DNA of 14,603 nucleotides from Thermotogota bacterium (GTDB taxonomy: Bacteria; Thermotogota; Thermotogae; Petrotogales; Kosmotogaceae): assembly GCA_034660555.1 (NCBI GenBank), contig JAYEJL010000064.1, positions 1-14,603 of the forward strand. The letters run 5' to 3'. Below the pieces are notes generated by a model, which did no database searches, was not told the DNA's origin, and saw only the letters and a list, made by a program, of their open reading frames with translations. The position numbers and the translations under genes were made by a program. Every line of letters starts with the position of its first letter. Within the stretch, counting starts at the first letter, position 1. This document shows positions 1-6,597 of this stretch, piece by piece.

Positions 1-66
1 AATCCAATCACAAAAATTCCTAAAGAGCTACAATATTTGAAAGATAAAGGAATATTGAAAATATGA
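1..66 (+). CDS. 3' end of an upstream gene (partial), possibly a leucine-rich-repeat protein
   Basis: Frame 1 reads NPITKIPKELQYLKDKGILKI* with TGA at 64-66. N-x-I-x-x-I-P-x-E-L-x-x-L resembles an LRR unit. The stop overlaps the next ATG (ATGA at 63-66). Only 21 codons are visible. Confidence 0.35.
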   Translation, partial: NPITKIPKELQYLKDKGILKI

Positions 67-233
67 AGCAAATACTAAAACGCTTGGAAATCATAAAAGC
101 ATCTATATTCATAGAAGACGAAGAGATTGTAGATGCTCCGGTGCAAAAGCTTAAATCGTTGCCTTTAGATGATAAGGTTAAACATATTTTGTTGTTAATT
201 GAGAATAGAATAATGATTTTGAAAAGGAGATGA
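63..233 (+). pseudogene. 56-aa ORF, probable N-terminal remnant of a larger coiled-coil protein
   Basis: Read manually (below the ORF-track cutoff): MKQILKRLEIIKASIFIEDEEIVDAPVQKLKSLPLDDKVKHILLLIENRIMILKRR*. It is coupled to the upstream stop by ATGA. The KRLEIIK..I..EDEEI start resembles, from memory, the N-terminus of larger coiled-coil/J-domain-containing proteins. A tandem AGAAT-AGAAT at 202-211 may mark a frameshift. Confidence 0.35.
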
Positions 234-236
234 AAC

Positions 237-536
237 ATGACAAAATTTAGAAACGTTGACGACGTGGTCGAAGATGCGACGATTTGCATCACTATCGGCG
301 ATTTTGACAAACCCATAGACTGGTCAGGCATTCCCGAGATTTCCGATCAAGTCTCACTGGATACCGACGAGGGTTACTCGATGATGGTCGAGGTAACTGG
401 AATGTCCAACGACAAAGCACTATTCAAAGGAAAAGTCATCAACGGTTACTATCCAAGTGAGAAGTCAAAGCAGATTAATGAGGACGAGATGGTTGAGTTC
501 TCTCGCAAGAAGATAGCAGGAATTCACAAGAACTAA
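237..536 (+). CDS. hypothetical protein, 99 aa (C-terminal half weakly DUF2314/YegJ-like small beta-barrel)
   Basis: Strong SD (AAGGAG, 224-229) ahead of ATG 237. Acidic, natural-looking protein. About 47-50% GC in the three 60-nt lines counted (241-420), above the window background. The family resemblance (MMVEVT..G.V.N...VEF..KI..I) is weak. Confidence 0.6.
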   Translation: MTKFRNVDDVVEDATICITIGDFDKPIDWSGIPEISDQVSLDTDEGYSMMVEVTGMSNDKALFKGKVINGYYPSEKSKQINEDEMVEFSRKKIAGIHKN

Positions 537-701
537 TCGAATCAGCGGATGGAGACAACGCTTTACAGCGCACTTTATCAAAACGGTTACTGATAATAAA
601 GAACCAAAAAAAAGAAAATCTTTAGAAATGAGGATGGTGTAATAAATAAAACTTATTTTAAACACAATCTTTTCCATAAGTTCCTATTTGCTCTTCTTTC
701 C

Positions 702-980
702 TTGTTTCTCTTATCCTCTCTCTCTGGTCAACTCCAGCAAGCCACCATCCTTAAAATCACCGATGGCGACACGTTCTGGGTAAGTATAGATAGTCAGAAA
801 ACAAAGCTGCGCCTGCTGGGTATTGATACACCGGAGAAATATTCCGGTTACAAACTTAAAAGAGATGCAGCAGATTGTGGAGTATCGCAAGAATACATGG
901 CGAGCCTGGGTAAGTCTGCAACAAAGTATGCAAAGAAACTGGTTCATAACAAGAAAATACAGAAGAAATTAAAGCAATAA
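702..980 (+). pseudogene. truncated thermonuclease (staphylococcal nuclease/SNase family)
   Basis: Canonical SNase N-terminal motifs ITDGDTF and LRLLGIDTPE. The frame is open from 600 and encodes a signal-peptide-like stretch (KFLFALLSLFLLSSLSG). It stops at 980 before the expected D-x-YGR-x-L-A-Y and N-x-x-L-V-x-x-G motifs, and no continuation is visible downstream. Confidence 0.75.
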
Positions 981-998
981 GACAATGGTAGAAAAAAC

Positions 999-1026
999 TT
1001 GACTTTGTATTAAAATTTTATGTAAT
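999..1026 (+). promoter_or_regulatory. putative sigma70-type promoter for the defence operon
   Basis: TTGACT (999-1004), a 16-nt spacer, then TGTAAT (1021-1026); alternatively TAATAT at 1023-1028 with an 18-nt spacer. An A-tract lies upstream, and the HTH start codon is ~45 nt downstream. Confidence 0.55.
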
Positions 1027-1028
1027 AT

Positions 1029-1057
1029 TTCATAGAATGTTATATGAAGGATTCTAT
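1029..1057. promoter_or_regulatory. overlapping inverted repeats, candidate operator for the XRE regulator
   Basis: ATAGAAT (1032-1038) N12 ATTCTAT (1051-1057), and TTCATA (1029-1034) N8 TATGAA (1043-1048). Both lie between the -10 box and the SD (GAGG 1061-1064). Confidence 0.4.
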
Positions 1058-1071
1058 CACGAGGCAATGCC

Positions 1072-1293
1072 ATGAAAAATAAAAATGTATCAAATTTGAT
1101 TAAAGAACTGAGGAATAAGCTCGGCCTTACACAGGAACAGTTTGCCCAGAAGGTTGGAGTGACATTTTCGACCATTAACAATTGGGAAAAAGGAACACGG
1201 ACCCCTCACCCATTTCTTTTTCAGAGACTTCTGGAAATGGCAAAGGAAGCAGGTTTGAAGAATATTGAGAATATTAAGAGAACTAAGAAGTAG
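1072..1293 (+). CDS. XRE/Cro-CI family helix-turn-helix transcriptional regulator (controller-protein-like)
   Basis: IKELRNKLGLTQEQFAQKVGVTFSTINNWEKGTRTP is a textbook HTH_3 signature. 73 aa, SD GAGG at 1061-1064, first gene of the operon. Confidence 0.92.
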   Translation: MKNKNVSNLIKELRNKLGLTQEQFAQKVGVTFSTINNWEKGTRTPHPFLFQRLLEMAKEAGLKNIENIKRTKK

Positions 1294-1303
1294 GCAGATA
1301 ACT

Positions 1304-4300
1304 ATGATGGATAATACTAAGAAAAGAAATCTTGTGGAACTAAGTTTATCCAGGAATTATCGGAATGAATATTTATTTTCAGAGATTTATTTGCAAGATA
1401 TTACCCAGCGCCCTGTAACTGACGAGAATCTTAGAGCCTCTTTCCAGACTATTAATGAATGGAAAGAATATGCTGATAAAACTTCTCTTGAGAAATGGAC
1501 CACCACTTATATTGAACCAGCGTTAGATACCTTGGGTTTTGGTCATCATCGAGAGAAAGAAAATACGCCATATGTTTTGTTCCTTTTTCCAGATGTTGAT
1601 AGAAGTAAACCTATGTCTATTTGTTATGTAGTGCCACCAGGTGAAGATATAAATTGCACCATAAAAGGAAAACATTGGGCTGAGAAGATCATACGAAATT
1701 TGAGGAAATATGATTTTGAGTGGGGTATCCTTACTGATGGAGTTTATTGGCGAATATATCATACAAAAGAGCCAACTCCCTACGAGACCTATGTGGAGGT
1801 TAATTTAGAGTCAATTCTCAACAATCAGGATTATCCAGTCTTTCAAATATTTTATTTCTTTTTCTGCCCGGATAATTTCATTAAGAAGAAAAATGGAGAA
1901 TGTAGATTTGATAATTACAAAGAAGAATCTGTAAAGACCACAGAATATATTGAAAATAATCTGAGTGATGCAATTGAACGTGTGGAAGAAGGTGGTGGTG
2001 TTCTCCAAACCCTATGTCTCGGCTACCTCGATTCTTTAGGAAAGGAAACATATTGCGAAGAAGAACGCCAGCTTATTTATCGTGGCGCTATTTTATACCT
2101 CTTTCGTCTACTTTTTCTATTCTATTCCACAGCGCGTGATTTACTAAAAAGTAAAAGTATCGAAGCATTTAAAAGTATCGTTTTGGATTCGTTCCGATTC
2201 CATAATAAAGGTGGATCGCAAAGCAGGTCTTATAACCTTTGGTTTCGTCTTCAGGGTCTCTTTGCTGAAATAGATTTGACTTATGATGGAGGACTTTTTA
2301 ATCCTTACGAAGAAAGCGTTTTTATAAAATTTATAGAACAGAACAAAATTGCTGATCCATTTATTTCAGAAGTTGTATTTGGGCTGGCTTATTATCAGAG
2401 GTCAAAAGGAAATTTTGTCCCCATAAAATACCGTGACCTTTCAGTTCGTCATTTGGGCAGTCTATATGAAGGATTGTTAGAGCATAAATTATTTATTGCA
2501 GATGAAATTACAGTTGTTCGTAAATCAGGTACTAAGGTCAGGTTTATTCCACAATCCCAAGCAGGAAGAATAAGCCGTTCTGAAACCATCATTGAAAAAG
2601 GCAAAGTTTATTTTTCAGAAGATGCAAAAGAAAGAAAACTTACAGGTAGTTATTATACACCTGAAGATGTTGTTGAATACATTGTTAAGAATACCGTTGA
2701 TGCTTTATTAGGAGAAAAGAAGCAAGAATTAATGGCAGATATTGAACCCGTTATCAATGAGATAAATTCTGCAATCAATGAATCTGAACGAAGGCGTCTT
2801 GAGTTATTTATTGATGATAAGATTGTTAAATTTATTGAAGAAAAAATTCTTTCCTTTTCAGTACTTGACCCTACTATGGGAAGTGGTCATTTTCTTGTTA
2901 ATGCAACTAATCATATAGCAAACTTTATAGTGGAACTATTAAATGAGTTCCCAGAATACAATCCTAAAATAAGTTCTGACCCAGCACTCTGGAGGCGTCG
3001 GGTTGTAGAAGATTGCATATATGGTGTTGACCTTAACCCGCTTGCAGTAGAATTGGCAAAATTGTGTCTTTGGATAACGACAGCATTTAAAGAAAAGCCT
3101 CTTTCTTTCCTTAACCATCATCTTAAACAGGGGAATGCCCTTGTCGGTGTTCGGATTTCAGATCTGGAAGAGCATCTTAAAAAGTCCAAAAAAGGATATT
3201 ATGATTTATTTATGCAATCTTATCTCAATTCAATCAGACAGGCTTCTGAAGGATATAAGAAAAAATTAAGCAAACTAACTGAAGCAAGGGAAGATATTGA
3301 AGAAAAGAAAGAAACACTTACTGAGGTAGACGAAGATTTACTTCCTTATAAGCACCTATGTAATCTCTTTACTCATTATCTACTTGGTGAACTGAAAGAA
3401 AGTGACCTTTTGTTTCAAATTAAAAACTGGAAGAAACCAAACCTGCCTGCGCAGGCAGGTAAGACAGAAAAAATCCCCGCTTCTCTAAGTAGTAAAAATT
3501 TCTTTCACTGGGACCTTGAATTTCCTGATGTATTCTATGGTGATAATCCTGGATTTGATTGTGTGATTGGTAATCCGCCGTATGTAGATGTGCCTCAAAC
3601 AGAATATATGGAAAAATATAGTTGTAACAGACTGAAAACAAAAGATTGTAGAAACTTATATGCGTTTCTTACTGAGAAAGGAGTGTCCTATCTTAAAAAG
3701 GAAGGTAAATTTGGATATATTATTCCAATGTCAATAATCTGTTCAAATAGAATGGATAGTTTAAGAAACTTACTTTTAGAGAATGGTAAAACTTATTTTT
3801 CAAACTTCGCAGAGAGACCCGATAAAATTTTCAAGGATGCTGAACAAAAGGTGACAATAATTCTGCACTCAAAAAACAGTGATAAAGCTTATTTCACGAC
3901 TTCTTATTTAAAATGGAATGCAATTGATCGGAAATATTTATTCGATTCTATTGAATATATTGATATAGAAAATGAATATTTTATCATGAATAGGATACCC
4001 AAAATTGGAACTAAGATAGAAAAAAATATTTTAGGAAAGCTCGTTGCAAAAGAAAATTTAGGCAAGATTTTAATAAATGGGGTAAATAGAAATAGAGTAT
4101 TCTACAGAACCTCGGGAGGGAGATATTTTAATGTAATTACTACGTTTGAAACTTATTCCTCCAAGGAAGATTTCATTTGCATTGAAGAGTCAATTTCAAA
4201 TGACGTGGTTTGTGCTATTCTCAACAGTAATTTATTTTATTGGTATTATGTTGTTTACTCGAATTGTAGAGATTTTTATGAAGAGGAAATAGAGAATTTT

Positions 4301-4573
4301 AGAATTAGTATCGATGACATGAATAAGTCAACTAAGCAAACGCTGATTGAACTAAATAGAGAATTGATGGATGATGCAATTAATAATTCTAAGGAACAAT
4401 TAATCAAATATTCTAGAGGAACAAAGAGAGTTAGAGTATTTTATTTAAGAGAATCCAAAAAAATAATAGATAGAATAGACCATGCATTAGCAAAACATTA
4501 TGATTTTAATGCGGAAGAATTAAACTTTATTATTCATTACGATGAAAAATATAGGTTAGGAAAAGACTCATGA
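1304..4573 (+). CDS. Eco57I/Type IIG-like N6-adenine DNA methyltransferase (PglX-like role) with degenerate N-terminal nuclease domain and C-terminal target-recognition domain
   Basis: Gamma-class motif order: RKLTGSYYTPEDVV (motif X), VLDPTMGSGHFL (motif I, ~2861-2896), IYGVDLNPLAVELAKLCLW, FHWDLEFPDVF, FDCVIGNPPY (motif IV, NPPY 3572-3583), then the TRD. The N-terminal WGILTDGVYWRIY is typical of IIG proteins. ATG 1304 (or 1307), just after the HTH stop, is preferred over TTG 1265. Confidence 0.9.
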   Translation: MMDNTKKRNLVELSLSRNYRNEYLFSEIYLQDITQRPVTDENLRASFQTINEWKEYADKTSLEKWTTTYIEPALDTLGFGHHREKENTPYVLFLFPDVDRSKPMSICYVVPPGEDINCTIKGKHWAEKIIRNLRKYDFEWGILTDGVYWRIYHTKEPTPYETYVEVNLESILNNQDYPVFQIFYFFFCPDNFIKKKNGECRFDNYKEESVKTTEYIENNLSDAIERVEEGGGVLQTLCLGYLDSLGKETYCEEERQLIYRGAILYLFRLLFLFYSTARDLLKSKSIEAFKSIVLDSFRFHNKGGSQSRSYNLWFRLQGLFAEIDLTYDGGLFNPYEESVFIKFIEQNKIADPFISEVVFGLAYYQRSKGNFVPIKYRDLSVRHLGSLYEGLLEHKLFIADEITVVRKSGTKVRFIPQSQAGRISRSETIIEKGKVYFSEDAKERKLTGSYYTPEDVVEYIVKNTVDALLGEKKQELMADIEPVINEINSAINESERRRLELFIDDKIVKFIEEKILSFSVLDPTMGSGHFLVNATNHIANFIVELLNEFPEYNPKISSDPALWRRRVVEDCIYGVDLNPLAVELAKLCLWITTAFKEKPLSFLNHHLKQGNALVGVRISDLEEHLKKSKKGYYDLFMQSYLNSIRQASEGYKKKLSKLTEAREDIEEKKETLTEVDEDLLPYKHLCNLFTHYLLGELKESDLLFQIKNWKKPNLPAQAGKTEKIPASLSSKNFFHWDLEFPDVFYGDNPGFDCVIGNPPYVDVPQTEYMEKYSCNRLKTKDCRNLYAFLTEKGVSYLKKEGKFGYIIPMSIICSNRMDSLRNLLLENGKTYFSNFAERPDKIFKDAEQKVTIILHSKNSDKAYFTTSYLKWNAIDRKYLFDSIEYIDIENEYFIMNRIPKIGTKIEKNILGKLVAKENLGKILINGVNRNRVFYRTSGGRYFNVITTFETYSSKEDFICIEESISNDVVCAILNSNLFYWYYVVYSNCRDFYEEEIENFRISIDDMNKSTKQTLIELNRELMDDAINNSKEQLIKYSRGTKRVRVFYLRESKKIIDRIDHALAKHYDFNAEELNFIIHYDEKYRLGKDS
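3441..3460. repeat. perfect 20-bp GC-rich palindrome inside the methyltransferase CDS (REP-like)
   Basis: ACCTGCCTGCGCAGGCAGGT equals its own reverse complement. It is 70% GC in an AT-rich gene and is translated in frame as (N)LPAQAG. Confidence 0.8.
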
Positions 4574-4613
4574 AGCACCACAAGGGTTAAAATTTAGTAT
4601 ATTGAGGTGACTA

Positions 4614-5216
4614 GTGAAAGAACTTTCAAAAGAGGAACTGATAAATCTTTATAAAGCTTCGCCAGAAGACACGCTAAAAAAACTTGGCATTTACAGTAAG
4701 GCAAAAGAAGCATATGAAGAAAAGCAGAAACTGGAAAAGTTAAAAAAAGAACGTATTGAAAGGGCAAAGGGGCTGGTAAAGGAAGCTCAAGAACTATTGA
4801 ATATATACAGGCTCGACCTTAGAGTTACTGCAGGAGGAATGCGAGTTGTGGATAAAGATGGGCAAGGTATTTCTGGTAACTCGCAAAAAAAGAGGAAAAC
4901 GGGTAGTAGACTTTCAGGGGGTGTTAGAACCGTAGCAACTCGATATAGAACTCCTATTTTACAAGCTTTAATTGAATTAAATGGGCGGGAAAAATCAGGT
5001 ATAGTGCTGGACCGAGTTTACCAGCAGATGAAGGATATTTTTGTACCAGTAGATTTAGAAAAAATCCCTGCGGGCGAACTACGATGGAGGAATGCTGCTC
5101 AATGGGAAAGAGTTAAAATGGTGGAAGAAGGTTTGCTTTGTAATGATTCGCCCCGTGGTATTTGGGAAATCACAGAAAAAGGGCGAAAATATTTAGAGGA
5201 ACATAATTATGAGTAA
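4614..5216 (+). CDS. N-terminal coiled coil + basic linker + C-terminal Mrr_N-type winged-helix protein (no nuclease domain)
   Basis: GTG start with SD GAGGTG (4604-4609). The C-terminal YRTPILQALIELNG...RWRNAAQWERVKMVEEGLL..DSPRGIWEITEKGRKYL matches the Mrr N-terminal domain pattern. The N-terminus is E/K-rich and helical. Confidence 0.85.
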   Translation: MKELSKEELINLYKASPEDTLKKLGIYSKAKEAYEEKQKLEKLKKERIERAKGLVKEAQELLNIYRLDLRVTAGGMRVVDKDGQGISGNSQKKRKTGSRLSGGVRTVATRYRTPILQALIELNGREKSGIVLDRVYQQMKDIFVPVDLEKIPAGELRWRNAAQWERVKMVEEGLLCNDSPRGIWEITEKGRKYLEEHNYE

Positions 5217-5276
5217 ATTTTATAATAAAGCTATAGATTATAATAATACTTATAACTTTGGAGCAGAAATAGAGTA

Positions 5277-6086
5277 ATGAAATTTCAATTATCAAACGGA
5301 TACTACTTGCGTTTTAAACATCTATCACATCTACTGCATTATGTGGTGGGTAAGCCGAAGGTTTCTCGTTTTCTCAAGAAAGAGTTGTCATCGGCTCTTG
5401 GTATGTCCCCTCGTATGATTGAGAATCTAATAAGCTACGGAGTAGCATTGGGGCTGTTAACCCGAGGAAATTGTAAGCCAACCGAGCTTGGGATTTTGAT
5501 AGACAAAAAGGATACTTTTTTTGATAAAACCGAAACTCTATGGTTCCTTCATTATACAATAACATCTGATAGAAAATATGTGGTCTGGAACAGATTAGCT
5601 AATCGTGTATTTCCCAAGGAAAGTAAGGTGTTTACAGAAGTAGCCAGAACATATTTCAGTGACCTAAATGGTCATTTCTCAGAGAAAAGTATGAAGAAGC
5701 ACCTAATTAAAGAGATTAATGCATTTTTTAATGCTTATACTGAACAGAATTTTAGTAAATTAAATTATATTTTAAAGATATCAAGTCATTCTTATCGAAT
5801 TAACAATAATCCAGAAGTTCCAGACTTATGTATTCTTGCGTCCTGCTATATGTATAGAGACCGATATATGGAAGGGGCAACCGGATTAGAGATTGAGCAT
5901 TTAGCAAAAGAAGAGAACTCGCCTGGCCGGGTTTTTCATATTACTGAACATCAACTTAGATTAGTCCTGGAACGGTTGAATGCACAGCGACAAATATCTA
6001 TAGAATCAAGAGCCAATTTGGATCAGATTCGTTTTGATTCTAATAAGAACTGGTTAGATATTGTTAAGCAATTTTATGAGGGATGA
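5277..6086 (+). CDS. DUF4007 family protein (SspB-like / BREX type 4 BrxP-associated domain)
   Basis: Family-like motifs LGMSPRMIENL..YGVALGLL, PTELGILI..KDTFFDKTETLWFLHY, EINAFFNAY, ENSPGRVFHI and SRANLDQI. 269 aa, located upstream of a BrxC-like ATPase. Confidence 0.8.
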   Translation: MKFQLSNGYYLRFKHLSHLLHYVVGKPKVSRFLKKELSSALGMSPRMIENLISYGVALGLLTRGNCKPTELGILIDKKDTFFDKTETLWFLHYTITSDRKYVVWNRLANRVFPKESKVFTEVARTYFSDLNGHFSEKSMKKHLIKEINAFFNAYTEQNFSKLNYILKISSHSYRINNNPEVPDLCILASCYMYRDRYMEGATGLEIEHLAKEENSPGRVFHITEHQLRLVLERLNAQRQISIESRANLDQIRFDSNKNWLDIVKQFYEG

Positions 6087-6087
6087 C

Positions 6088-6597
6088 ATGAGTTCATATA
6101 GCTTGGTAAACCTAAAAAAATTTGTAAATAGTCTTTCTGGTGAACGACACAGGACATTTATTGTGCATAATGGTCCTGCAACTGGAAAGTCCAAATATGC
6201 CAGACTATTCGCTGAAAAGAGTAAAGGCAAATATTTGGATTTGCTTGAAAGATTTGGGAAAGATGCAGAATTAAAAAAGAAAATAGATGTTTTTGATTTT
6301 CGGGATCTTGAGAACTTGCTCGTGGAAGAAGCCAAGGATACAAATCTTCTTATTTTGGATAATGTAGAGTTTTTGCTAAACACCTGGGAAGAAGATGGTT
6401 ATAATTTGCTTTTTCACTTACTTGCTAAGAATTGGAATTCTTTTCAATCTTCATATAGAGCAGTATTAGGTGTTTTTCTTATAACTAATCGGAAGATATT
6501 AGATTTAGAATTAAACACGAGCAAAGGAGAGACGAGAGTCTTTCATTTAAGTGAATTAGAATCCTTAGAAGGAGGCTCTGAGTATGAGCAAGATTAA
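6088..6597 (+). CDS. small BrxF-like P-loop NTPase (degenerate Walker motifs)
   Basis: FIVHNGPATGKS (Walker A-like) and LLILDNVEFLL (BrxF-like Walker B). About 169 aa from ATG 6088, which has SD GAGGG at 6078-6082 and lies 1 nt after the DUF4007 stop. Its end overlaps the brxC start by 14 nt. Confidence 0.65.
   Translation: MSSYSLVNLKKFVNSLSGERHRTFIVHNGPATGKSKYARLFAEKSKGKYLDLLERFGKDAELKKKIDVFDFRDLENLLVEEAKDTNLLILDNVEFLLNTWEEDGYNLLFHLLAKNWNSFQSSYRAVLGVFLITNRKILDLELNTSKGETRVFHLSELESLEGGSEYEQD

Noticed and set aside
20..1181. Minus-strand ORFs 20-331, 465-677, 711-947 and 969-1181
   Set aside because: They lie antisense to better-supported + strand genes or the promoter. Their F/I/L/S-rich composition is typical of shadow ORFs, and they show no motifs.
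1265..1303. TTG start at 1265 for the methyltransferase
   Set aside because: It would overlap the HTH gene by 29 nt. ATG 1304/1307 just after the HTH stop is more plausible.
1304..5216. Interpretation as a stand-alone Type IIG R-M enzyme plus an Mrr (Type IV) restriction nuclease
   Set aside because: The MTase lacks a recognisable E-x-K nuclease motif and the Mrr_N protein has no catalytic domain. Both are co-oriented within the BREX operon. This is not fully excluded without experiments.
6061..6087. TTG 6061 / ATG 6076 starts for the BrxF-like gene
   Set aside because: ATG 6088 has an SD (GAGGG) at suitable spacing and abuts the DUF4007 stop.
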